A stretch of DNA of 64,000 nucleotides from Patescibacteria group bacterium (GTDB lineage: Bacteria; Patescibacteriota; Minisyncoccia; Minisyncoccales; JANBVM01), in assembly GCA_024238995.1 (NCBI GenBank), contig JANBVL010000003.1:6098-70097 (forward strand), in the 5' to 3' direction. The notes under the pieces were generated by a model. That model worked only from the letters and a program-made list of their open reading frames with translations, was not told where the DNA came from and did no database searches. Numbering within the stretch: the first letter of the stretch is position 1; every line of letters begins with the position of its first letter. The translations under genes and the position numbers were made by a program. Positions 28,296 to 36,722 of the stretch are shown piece by piece.

Positions 28296-28649
28296 TCCTA
28301 ACAAGCCGGGTAATTACTCTTTATTGAAAAATAAAGGGAGGAAAGTCCGAACACTTACTCTCCATTTGTTGGGGGTTAAAAAGATAGCGGCTAACAGCCG
28401 TCGCTCTGGATAATATAACTAGAGTAGAGGTGCGAACAGAGACGTGTTAAGTTGAAAAACTTAGCAACCCGCAATAGCGGGATAGCCCTACAGCAATGTA
28501 GGGGTGAAACGGCTAAATCCTTATCAGGTGCAAGAACAAATCTTTTGGTAAACCCAAAAGAGCAAAGTAGTTCGCATGAGCTCTGAGGCAACTCAAAGCC
28601 AAGATAAATGATTACCTAAAACAGAATTCGGCTTATGGGCTTGTTAGGA
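28296..28649 (+). ncRNA. rnpB: RNase P RNA, bacterial type A
   Basis: Universal motifs GGAGGAAAGUCCGAAC (CR-I/P4) and ACAGAAUUCGGCUUAU (CR-V) are present. P1 pairs UCCUAACAAGCC (28296-28307) with GGCUUGUUAGGA (28638-28649). Confidence 0.9.
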
Positions 28650-28650
28650 T

Positions 28651-28686
28651 AACCAAAAACCGCGTCGTTACACGTGGTTTTTGGTT
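28651..28686. terminator. bidirectional hairpin terminator between rnpB (+) and rnhA (-)
   Basis: A 14-bp stem AACCAAAAACCGCG / CGUGGUUUUUGGUU (one G-U pair) with an 8-nt loop. The U-rich 3' arm is present in either orientation. Confidence 0.6.
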
Positions 28687-28697
28687 AGAATGGAAAA

Positions 28698-29141
28698 TTA
28701 AAACAGTTTCTGGGCTTTGGCTTTTTGATCCAGCGCTTGATTAGCCAAAGCATCAGCTTTTTTGTTTTTGTTCCTTGAAATATGAACGAATTTCATTTTT
28801 TTAAAATCAAGTCTTAAGTTCCAAATTTCAATAAAAAACTCCTGGATTCTCTTATTTGAAAGTTTGTATTTTCCAGTTAATTGTTTAACTAACAGTTCTG
28901 AATCAGACTTTAATTCAACTTCACTTGTTTTTGCCATTTTTTTTCCAAAAAGATGCTTAAACTTTTTCAAAGCAAAAATAACTGCTAAATATTCTGCTTC
29001 ATTGTTTGTAAGCTTTTTCCCTAGGAAATGAGCATATTCTTTAAAAGGCTGGCCTTTTTCATTTTCAAAAACAATTCCTGCTCCTGCTGGACCAGGATTG
29101 CCCCTTGAAGCACCATCAGTATATATTGTTATCTTTTTCAT
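28698..29141 (-). CDS. rnhA: ribonuclease HI
   Basis: 147 aa with N-terminal IYTDGASRGNPGPAGAG, NNEAEY and KADALAN, matching the RNase H catalytic pattern. Confidence 0.85.
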   Translation of the reverse strand: MKKITIYTDGASRGNPGPAGAGIVFENEKGQPFKEYAHFLGKKLTNNEAEYLAVIFALKKFKHLFGKKMAKTSEVELKSDSELLVKQLTGKYKLSNKRIQEFFIEIWNLRLDFKKMKFVHISRNKNKKADALANQALDQKAKAQKLF

Positions 29142-30315
29142 ATTTTAAAGCGTTTTCTATTAAACAATTTTTAAATTTTTCCAGGTTTTCATTTTTTAAT
29201 CTAAAACCTGATGCCCGGGCATGTCCACCATAGGTTATAACATAGTCTTTACATTTTCCCATTAAAACAACGCTGTCAATATCAGAAGTAGACCTTACTG
29301 TTCCCTGGCTTTCTGTTTCAAACTTCTTATAAATAAAGACTGGCTTTTTAAAATAATTACAAAGCAAAGATGCAATTGGTGAGATTATTGCAAAGTCTAA
29401 TGATTCATTTCCTTTAAAAATAATTGGTGAATCACTTTTTAAAGCTTCTTTTTTAATATTATCAACAATGTTTCTAATGTCTAGTTTTTTTCGCTTTGTT
29501 TTTTCTAAAAGCTCTGGAATCATTGCCCTTACTTCTTCAAAATCAGGATTAGTTAAAATTCTGAAAGGAACAGGCAGTCCATCCTTAACATCACGAACAT
29601 TCAAAATTGAAATAACTTTTGAAACTTTCTCACGTAAACTATAATCTTTTAAAAGTTCAGTTGCAAAAAGAGCTCTTATTCCTGGCCGTAGAGATTGCTC
29701 AATTGTACTTAACCCCTCTTCAATAAATAATTTATTCTCGTCAATTTGCGGCATCATATCAGCAATAGTTGCCAGAGCAACCAGCTCCAAAAAGCTTGTT
29801 TTCAGACCTTTGCCCATTTTATTTTCAAACAATAGCTTTGAAAGTCTGAAAACAATACCAACAGTAGCGAAATCTTGGAAAGAATAAATTTCGCTTGGTT
29901 GTTTTGGATCAACAACAATATCAGCGCCAGGCAGTTTATCTAAAATCTTATGATGATCAATCACTATTACATAAAATCCGAGCTCTTTTGCCAGCTCTAT
30001 TTCTTTAAAATTACCAATTCCGCAGTCAACAGTTATTAAAAGTGCTGGTGAAAACTCTTTTAATTTCCCTAAAGCCTTTTCAGTTATCCCGTAACCTTCA
30101 ATTTCTCTGTCTGGAAAATAAAGCGCTGACACCTTGCCACCTAATGTTGTAATTGTTTCTTTTAAAATAATAACTGAACCTGCACCATCTAAATCATTAT
30201 CACCATAAAGAATGATTTTCTCTTTATCTTTTATTGCTTTTAGAATTCTTTTAGAAACCTTTTTTAGATTCTTAATCTCCATATATTTGTTTTTATCCGT
30301 GGTTAAGAGCTTCAA
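29116..30315 (-). CDS. DHH-family phosphoesterase, short RecJ-like exonuclease
   Basis: 399 aa with DHH motifs DNDLDGAGS, TVDCG and VIVIDHH, and DHHA1 GGHARASG. An alternative start at 30282 (MEIKNLKK) would remove the 23-nt overlap with pgk. Confidence 0.75.
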   Translation of the reverse strand: MKLLTTDKNKYMEIKNLKKVSKRILKAIKDKEKIILYGDNDLDGAGSVIILKETITTLGGKVSALYFPDREIEGYGITEKALGKLKEFSPALLITVDCGIGNFKEIELAKELGFYVIVIDHHKILDKLPGADIVVDPKQPSEIYSFQDFATVGIVFRLSKLLFENKMGKGLKTSFLELVALATIADMMPQIDENKLFIEEGLSTIEQSLRPGIRALFATELLKDYSLREKVSKVISILNVRDVKDGLPVPFRILTNPDFEEVRAMIPELLEKTKRKKLDIRNIVDNIKKEALKSDSPIIFKGNESLDFAIISPIASLLCNYFKKPVFIYKKFETESQGTVRSTSDIDSVVLMGKCKDYVITYGGHARASGFRLKNENLEKFKNCLIENALKYEKDNNIY

Positions 30316-31438
30316 TGCCAGGAAGTTTTTCTTCAGCTAAAAATTTTAACATTGCGCCCCCACCAGTAGAAATAAAATTAAACTTTTCTTTTAAATTAAA
30401 CTTATCAATGGCCATAATAGTTTCTCCCCCGCCAGCAACCTTAAAAGCAGATTTATTTTCAGTAATTGCTTGAGCAATTTCTTTTGTTCCTTTCTCAAAC
30501 CTCTTGTCTTCATACATTCCCAGTGGTCCGTTCCATAGAATTGTTTTAGCGCGACTGATCACTTCTTTAAAGAGCCCTATTGTTTCTGGGCCGATGTCAT
30601 AAATATCTTCTTGTTTTTTAACAGTCCCTATTCCCCCTTCCCTGAGATTATCAATTGAATCTTTTAAAGCAATAATGCCGTCCAAAGGCAAATGAAGTCT
30701 TTTATCTGTTAAGTCAATTTGAGCTATTAAGCCATCTTCTTGAGCCTGCCTCTCTTTTAATATTCCTTTATAAGCTAAAATTGCTTCACCGATTTTGCCT
30801 CCTATTAGTAGGTAATCGCTTTTTTTCAAAAGATTTAAAATTGTTTTAATTTTTGTTTTTATTTTAACTCCTCCAATAATAATTACAAAAGGTTGTTCTG
30901 GTCTTTCTTTCAACTTAGACAGGGTTAATATTTCTTTTTTAAATAAAAGCCCAGCTGCTTTTGGCAAGTATTGAGCAATAGAAACAATTGAAGCATGATT
31001 TCTATGGGAAACAGAAAAAGCTTCATTTATAAAAACATCTCCAAAGCTAGCTAGTTTTTTTGCAAATTCTTGGTCATTATCTTTTTCCTGATCATAGAAC
31101 CTTAAATTTTCAAAAAGAACTACTTTATTGGAATTCAACATCTCAGCAATTTCTTTCTGGTCTTTTTCAAAATAATCAGAAACTAATTCTATTTTGTCAT
31201 TTAACAGCTCTTTTAATCTAGAAACAATCAAACTCAAGCTTTTATTCTCACCTTTAGTTTCTAAATGACTCATTAAAATGACCTTTGCATTTTTATCAAT
31301 CAAATACTTTATTGTTGGAATCACTGACTGAATCCTGAAATCATTTAAAATATCCCCATTTTTTGAAATGGGGACATTGAAATCACACCTCAGCAGCACT
31401 GTTTTGTTTTTTAAATCAAGTTCAGTAATTTTTTTCAT
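30293..31438 (-). CDS. pgk: phosphoglycerate kinase
   Basis: 381 aa with RCDFNVP, SHLETKG and C-terminal STGGGAMLKFL motifs. Confidence 0.92.
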   Translation of the reverse strand: MKKITELDLKNKTVLLRCDFNVPISKNGDILNDFRIQSVIPTIKYLIDKNAKVILMSHLETKGENKSLSLIVSRLKELLNDKIELVSDYFEKDQKEIAEMLNSNKVVLFENLRFYDQEKDNDQEFAKKLASFGDVFINEAFSVSHRNHASIVSIAQYLPKAAGLLFKKEILTLSKLKERPEQPFVIIIGGVKIKTKIKTILNLLKKSDYLLIGGKIGEAILAYKGILKERQAQEDGLIAQIDLTDKRLHLPLDGIIALKDSIDNLREGGIGTVKKQEDIYDIGPETIGLFKEVISRAKTILWNGPLGMYEDKRFEKGTKEIAQAITENKSAFKVAGGGETIMAIDKFNLKEKFNFISTGGGAMLKFLAEEKLPGIEALNHG

Positions 31439-33054
31439 TTTTCTTTTTTAAGTGCTTTTTCTAAATTCTTTTTCAACTTATCCAAATCAATCTGGCTTTT
31501 CTCTCTTTTTGGCTTTTCTTTATCAACAATTTTTCTTGTAGAAGAGAATGAAAGAGGTTCTATTCTTTTAACTTGATCTAAAGAAAGCTTCTCATCCTTT
31601 TTTCTCCTTTTCTTTAAACAATCTTTGCAGTAAACAGGCCTTCCTGGTTCTGGTTTAAAATTAACTTTAATCTGCTTTGAACATGAAGAACAAACCGCAT
31701 CATGCATTGGACTTGATTTTTTTTCTGAATAAAAGGTTTCAGAAACTTTTTCTTCTTCCATCCAGCGCTTTATCTTTTCTTCAACAACACTTCTTTCAAT
31801 ACTGTACCTTTCTCTTGCAACCATAATAATTTTGTCTTTATGCGACTGATCAGGAAATTTATAAGGCTCAAGAGTGTGAGCTGAAAAAGGTCTTCCTGCC
31901 ACACCATCAATCATTAATTTTATATACACATTATACTTGGCTAAATTAACAAAATCTTCAGCGGTTATTTCTGGTACAAATTCTTTTTCTAGATACTCGG
32001 CATCTTCAGCTCCTACTCTAAAAACTATAAAAGTGCCAACATTACCGAACACAGCATCTCTTACCTTGGTACTTCTTCCTAATGCTGTCATTTCTTCAAG
32101 CTGAGCCATATACTGATTTGCTAAAACCAAAGATAACCTGTACTTTCTTGCCTCAGATAAAATATTGGCAAATGCTTCAGTTGCAAAGTTTTGAAACTCA
32201 TCAACATATAAAAAGAAATCTTTTCTTTGTTTTTCGGGTATATCAACCCGCGACATTGCTGCTAACTGAAGCTTTGTAATAAGCAAGGCTCCTAAAAGCC
32301 TTGAATTCTCCTCACCTATTTTTCCTTTTGATAAGTTAGCTATTAAAATCTTGCCGTCGTCCATTAGTTCTCTCATATTAAGCCGAGATTTAACTTGGCC
32401 AATAATATTTCTAATTAAGGGATTGGAGATTAACTGCCCAATTTTGTTTTGAATAGCAGCAGTTGCTTCAACTTCATATCTTTGGGTATAGCGGGCAAAT
32501 TCATTATTCCAGAAAGACTTAACCATTGGATCTTTAACTTTTGCAACAATTTGTTTTCTGTATTCTGGATCAGCCAGCATCCTGTTAACGCCCAGCAGTG
32601 TTGAATTGGGATCTTCTAAAAGTGCTAAAATAGAATTGCTTAAAATATATTCCATTCTAGCTGACCAAACATCAGGCCAGATTTTCTTAAACACTTCCAT
32701 TAGTCCTGATGCAACTAAGTGTCTGTACTCAGGATCAACTTTCTCCATTACATTAAAAGGCATAGGATAATTCAAGTCAGCAGGATTAAAATAAATAACA
32801 TCATTAATTCTTTCTGCAGGAATAAAATCCAATATTTTTTCTGCAGCTTCTCCATGAGGATCAACAACACCAACCCCTTTTCCATCTCTGATGTCTTGGA
32901 TTACCATGTTTTCTAAAAGTGCGGTTTTCCCCATGCCTGTTTTCCCAACAACATAGACATGGCGACGCCTGTCATCAGTTTTAATTCCAAATCTCTTTCT
33001 TTGATTTCTAAAAGTTGTTTCTCCTAAAAGAGTTATTTTGTTTTCTTTACTCAT
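31435..33054 (-). CDS. FtsK/HerA/TraD-superfamily P-loop ATPase (type IV coupling-protein-like) with C-terminal CxxC-x17-CxxC zinc ribbon
   Basis: 539 aa with Walker A GKTGMGKT and Walker B FFLYVDEFQNF. No TM segment. The C-terminus reads CSSC-x17-CKDC (..PGRPVYCKDC) followed by a Lys-rich tail. Confidence 0.7.
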   Translation of the reverse strand: MSKENKITLLGETTFRNQRKRFGIKTDDRRRHVYVVGKTGMGKTALLENMVIQDIRDGKGVGVVDPHGEAAEKILDFIPAERINDVIYFNPADLNYPMPFNVMEKVDPEYRHLVASGLMEVFKKIWPDVWSARMEYILSNSILALLEDPNSTLLGVNRMLADPEYRKQIVAKVKDPMVKSFWNNEFARYTQRYEVEATAAIQNKIGQLISNPLIRNIIGQVKSRLNMRELMDDGKILIANLSKGKIGEENSRLLGALLITKLQLAAMSRVDIPEKQRKDFFLYVDEFQNFATEAFANILSEARKYRLSLVLANQYMAQLEEMTALGRSTKVRDAVFGNVGTFIVFRVGAEDAEYLEKEFVPEITAEDFVNLAKYNVYIKLMIDGVAGRPFSAHTLEPYKFPDQSHKDKIIMVARERYSIERSVVEEKIKRWMEEEKVSETFYSEKKSSPMHDAVCSSCSKQIKVNFKPEPGRPVYCKDCLKKRRKKDEKLSLDQVKRIEPLSFSSTRKIVDKEKPKREKSQIDLDKLKKNLEKALKKEK

Positions 33055-33056
33055 AA

Positions 33057-34391
33057 TTATTCTATTGGTAATTCAGGAGGTGCAGCTCTTTTCACTTCAG
33101 CCCTTGAAATAGTAGGTGTTGGTGCTACCCGCCAAGATGGAAAATGAAATAAAGATGCTAATTCTTCGGTATTTAAAATAAACTTGGCTTCTTTTGGAGG
33201 CGTTCTTGGAAAAACAGGACCAAGTCTGCTCAAATAATTTCTAAACATTCTTCTGTTTTTCAGATAAAGCCTTCTTGGTATTAAAGCATTAATAGGCAAA
33301 AATCTGCCTTTTTTAACTTTGCTAATAGTTGGACTAAAAGGAACTAAGGCATTTAAATCAAGAGTTGAATAACTTGAAAAAAAAGTAAACCCAAGCCTAA
33401 AATTGCCTTTATTAAAAACATCTCTTTTACCTAAAAAGATAAATCTAATATTGGTTTCGAAAAGTGGTTTAGAGTTTTTCTGTTCCAAAGCATAAACAAT
33501 ATCCCTTTCACCAGGAGTAAGTTTCATTTCAGGAGGAAAAAATGGTTTTTTTTCTTCAGGTTCTTCGCTTTCAGGCACTTTACCTGTTATAAGAATATCT
33601 GCTGCTTCTAAAAGCATTGGTTTGGTTGCTGTTGATGGTTTTACTTCTCTTTTTGCTAATTTATCTCTTTCTTCTTCAGAAGCCTTAACCCACTTTTCTG
33701 CATTCTTTTCTGAAATAGGCTTGCATGCTATTTGAACCCAAAATTGCTCTCCTGGTTTTACTTTTGACAAAGCTTCTAAAAGCGTTGCTACTGGATCAAC
33801 TCTTCTTTCTTCAACACCCTCTTGTTCTGTCTCAAACTTCTTATAAGTTAAAATTGGATAAAAATCAGGTTTGACTAATTTGTAATCAGTTGCCCACATA
33901 TTCCAATTGTCATTAGGAATATCCTGAGGCACTGCTTTTGTATAATCATCAGCTACACTAATTTCAGCATCAGGGTATTGAGCATAAATACTTGCTTCAA
34001 TTGCATCTCTGTAACCATCATGGCACCTAATAAAAAAATGGATTTCTCCTCCAAAAGACGCAACTTCAAAAACAATTGATGTCTGAACCTGACCATCAAT
34101 CCATATCTCCCACCAGTTAGGAGGATGATAAGTAGCGCCATGGAAACTTGCAATTACATCTTCCATTGCTCTAATTGGCTTGATACTTTCCTTTGGAAGT
34201 TTTATTTCTAAAAGTACTGGCTTGTAAACTGTTCTTATCCACCAGTAAGCTCTCCATTGATGCCATAAAAAAACAAATGGTTTCCATAAAATAAAAGGAG
34301 CAGGCAGCCACCACCAATTTCTAAAGATCTGCCACAAAAAGCCAAATATTGGAGATAGAAAAGAAAATGTTGAAGGGGGCGCTGCTATCAT
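33057..34391 (-). CDS. membrane protein partner of the coupling-protein-like ATPase (function unknown)
   Basis: 444 aa with a Trp-rich N-terminal membrane segment (FLWQIFRNWWWLPAPFILWKPFVFLW) and then a large soluble domain. Its stop lies 2 nt before the ATPase start. Confidence 0.55.
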   Translation of the reverse strand: MIAAPPSTFSFLSPIFGFLWQIFRNWWWLPAPFILWKPFVFLWHQWRAYWWIRTVYKPVLLEIKLPKESIKPIRAMEDVIASFHGATYHPPNWWEIWIDGQVQTSIVFEVASFGGEIHFFIRCHDGYRDAIEASIYAQYPDAEISVADDYTKAVPQDIPNDNWNMWATDYKLVKPDFYPILTYKKFETEQEGVEERRVDPVATLLEALSKVKPGEQFWVQIACKPISEKNAEKWVKASEEERDKLAKREVKPSTATKPMLLEAADILITGKVPESEEPEEKKPFFPPEMKLTPGERDIVYALEQKNSKPLFETNIRFIFLGKRDVFNKGNFRLGFTFFSSYSTLDLNALVPFSPTISKVKKGRFLPINALIPRRLYLKNRRMFRNYLSRLGPVFPRTPPKEAKFILNTEELASLFHFPSWRVAPTPTISRAEVKRAAPPELPIE

Positions 34392-34448
34392 AAATTATAT
34401 AGTTTTGATTATTATTATTTTATTATACATATCTAAGATAAAAGAAAA

Positions 34449-34471
34449 AGAGCTCTTTTAGATAGAGCTCT
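34449..34471 (-). terminator. intrinsic terminator after the sigma-r4/HARE-HTH gene
   Basis: The RNA reads AGAGCUCU-AUCUAAA-AGAGCUCU followed by UUUUCUUUU. Confidence 0.6.
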
Positions 34472-34486
34472 CTTTCTTCTTTCAAT

Positions 34487-35476
34487 TTAAACTTCTTTTA
34501 TCGTATATCTTCCCTTTGGATCCTTAACAAAATGGGTTTTATTATTTAAGTTTAGCAAAACTGTGTTTTGTTTAACCATTCTTTGCTTTAGAACTTGTTT
34601 TAAAATTTCTTCTTTTGTTAAGGATTTTTGAGCTTGTTTTAAGATGCTTAAAATCACATCTTTTACCTGACCCGAGGAATATCCCCATTCTGACAAGGCA
34701 TAAATTCCCCTTCCAACTAAAACAAATCTTGAATCTTTAATTAATTCATTGTGAACAGTTTGAATGTGAGCATTTTCAATTAATTTTGTCACTTCCTTAA
34801 AGTGAAGTGGTTTATTGATTTTCTTAAAAACTAAATATGCCCTGTCTTTAACGCCGCGAGGATTAATTTCTGGCCAGCTTGAAAGTCCATATAACCCTTG
34901 GTCATTTTTCTCAATCTTTTTAGAAACATCTAAAGCGGAAATCAAAGCTTTTCCTTTTAAACTTGCTTTTAGGTTTTTAATAATTAAAGGCTCTTTAGCT
35001 TTTTTAAGCTGAGAATGTAAAGAATTAATTGTTTTTTTAGCAGAATCAAAACTATCTTTGTTTATTGTCCAGAAAGAATGAAAATCATTGCTTTCATTAA
35101 TTCTTTTAAATGGTTGTTTTAGAGCCAAAAGAAAAGAAACTTCATTTTCATTACCACTTTCTCCTAACTCTTCCAATAGAAAATCTTCTTTTCTTAAACC
35201 TCCAAAAGTTTTTAAATACCTAGTAAAAGCTTGAAAAACTTCATTGTATTTTTCAGCTTTTGAATTGATTTTTTCTAAACTAGCAGATTGAACCTGACGA
35301 ACCCTTTCTCTGCAAATGCCAAAATCCTTGCCAATTGCTTCCAAGGTCTCTTTCTTTGCTTTCCTTAAACCAAATCTGCGAATTATAATTTCTTTTTGTT
35401 TGCTAGTTAAACTATTAAGTAAATCTGAGCAAATGTATCTGTAATCAAAGTTCTTCATATGTTTATATTTAACCAT
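34487..35476 (-). CDS. DNA-binding protein with sigma-70 region-4-like HTH plus HARE-HTH/winged-helix domains
   Basis: 329 aa. The N-terminus LTSKQKEIIIRRFGL..ETLEAIGKDFGICRERVRQVQSASLEKI resembles sigma region 4.2. The C-terminal half PLHFKEVTKLI..HNELIKDSRFVLVGRGIYALSEWGY resembles the HARE-HTH of RNAP delta. No sigma region 2 was seen. Confidence 0.6.
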   Translation of the reverse strand: MVKYKHMKNFDYRYICSDLLNSLTSKQKEIIIRRFGLRKAKKETLEAIGKDFGICRERVRQVQSASLEKINSKAEKYNEVFQAFTRYLKTFGGLRKEDFLLEELGESGNENEVSFLLALKQPFKRINESNDFHSFWTINKDSFDSAKKTINSLHSQLKKAKEPLIIKNLKASLKGKALISALDVSKKIEKNDQGLYGLSSWPEINPRGVKDRAYLVFKKINKPLHFKEVTKLIENAHIQTVHNELIKDSRFVLVGRGIYALSEWGYSSGQVKDVILSILKQAQKSLTKEEILKQVLKQRMVKQNTVLLNLNNKTHFVKDPKGRYTIKEV

Positions 35477-35510
35477 TTTATCTTAGAATAGTCAACCTTC
35501 AGTTTTCCCC

Positions 35511-36173
35511 CTAGAATCCAGACAGCAGGGCTGAGACAACGCCAACTAATAATATTCCATCAAAAACCCCTGCTCCGCCAATTGAAAGATACCCTCTGTA
35601 ATTTCTGATTCTTGGTATGTTCAAAAGATCAGCGCCAATCAAAACCCCTAAAACTCCTGAAATAAAAGCACAGGCTGCAGCATAATTTGGCGCTAAAATC
35701 AAAGCAAATAAGCTTGAGAAAATTGGAGGGATAAAACCTGAGATAACAACTCCTTTGCCTGGAACGATTTTAGATAAAGACTTAGAAACAATTGTCATTA
35801 AACCAATAGCTATGAAAACAGGTTTAAGTGCAAATCCATAAGAATAAATTCTAAACAGAAAATACAAACAAAGCAGAATTGGGATTATTCCTCCGCCCAA
35901 ATTAATTGCCAAATACCTGCTTTCTATTTTGGGAGCTGAGAATAAACCAAAAAACCTTGATTCCTGAACTAAAATTAATTTCTTTTTTGTTAAAGGAATG
36001 TTAATCACAGAACCAATTAAAATAGAGTAAAGAATAAACATTGTTGCTCCAGGAGAAATGCCTAAAGATTCAAATCCAACAACAATGATATGGAAATAAC
36101 CAAGAATAAATAAAGCAGGTAAAAACAGTATAAAGAAAATAAATATTAGAAAAGCAAAAGGTAAGAAGAACAT
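35511..36173 (-). CDS. polytopic membrane protein (DUF1614-like)
   Basis: 220 aa with about 6 TM, and the motifs INLGGGIIP and IGGAGVFDGI. The family assignment is from memory only. Confidence 0.4.
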   Translation of the reverse strand: MFFLPFAFLIFIFFILFLPALFILGYFHIIVVGFESLGISPGATMFILYSILIGSVINIPLTKKKLILVQESRFFGLFSAPKIESRYLAINLGGGIIPILLCLYFLFRIYSYGFALKPVFIAIGLMTIVSKSLSKIVPGKGVVISGFIPPIFSSLFALILAPNYAAACAFISGVLGVLIGADLLNIPRIRNYRGYLSIGGAGVFDGILLVGVVSALLSGF

Positions 36174-36192
36174 TTTTCTATATTCAATGTAT

Positions 36193-36432
36193 TTAAAATT
36201 TATAAGTGTCTTCTCGACGACGATCTATAACAAGAATAAAAATATCATCATTCTCAAGACGATAAATCACTCTTAAATCACCTTTTCTTATCCTGAAAAT
36301 GTCATCTCTTCCTTTAAGTTTCTTTATATCCAAGCCTTGAACATTTTTAGAATGTAATTTCTTTAAAACAAACTCAATCTGCTTTTTCTCTTTAGCATTA
36401 AATTTTTGTAATGCCTTTCTGATTTCATCCAT
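36193..36432 (-). CDS. type II toxin, RelE/ParE family
   Basis: 79 aa. FRIRKGDLRVIYRLENDDIFILVIDRRREDTYK is the typical RelE-fold C-terminal pattern. The gene lies 5 nt downstream of the antitoxin. Confidence 0.8.
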   Translation of the reverse strand: MDEIRKALQKFNAKEKKQIEFVLKKLHSKNVQGLDIKKLKGRDDIFRIRKGDLRVIYRLENDDIFILVIDRRREDTYKF

Positions 36433-36437
36433 AGAAA

Positions 36438-36659
36438 CTACAAACGAGAAAGTAATTTATCAATAGGAACTCCCTTTTTTTCTATTTTTGTAAAATCAAC
36501 AACACGTTCCCATAATTCAGGCTCATCTTCAGGAGAAGATATTTTAAGTACTGGTTTGGAACGACGAACTACAATAAAAGATTTTCCTTTTTTAACCTCG
36601 GAAAGATAAGTTTCTATATTCTCTCTTAATTCTTTTAATCCTACGATTGAATTTTTCAT
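36438..36659 (-). CDS. type II antitoxin, Phd/YefM family
   Basis: 73 aa with a Phd/YefM-like N-terminus, LKELRENIETYLSEVKKGKSFIVVRRSKPVLKI. Confidence 0.75.
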   Translation of the reverse strand: MKNSIVGLKELRENIETYLSEVKKGKSFIVVRRSKPVLKISSPEDEPELWERVVDFTKIEKKGVPIDKLLSRL

Positions 36660-36686
36660 AAAAACATTGAATTAATACTAATATTT

Positions 36687-36715
36687 AAGTTTATCTTAAG
36701 ATAAACTTATGTCAA
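36687..36715 (-). promoter_or_regulatory. TA promoter with overlapping 22-bp perfect palindrome (candidate operator)
   Basis: The palindrome AAGTTTATCTT|AAGATAAACTT spans 36687-36708. On the minus strand: TTGACA (36715-36710), 16 bp, TAAACT (36693-36688). The palindrome covers the spacer and the -10. Confidence 0.45.
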
Positions 36716-36722
36716 GGTAAAC

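Noticed and set aside
28391-28591. 66-aa minus-strand ORF.
   Set aside because: It lies entirely within the RNase P RNA gene. It has no coding features.
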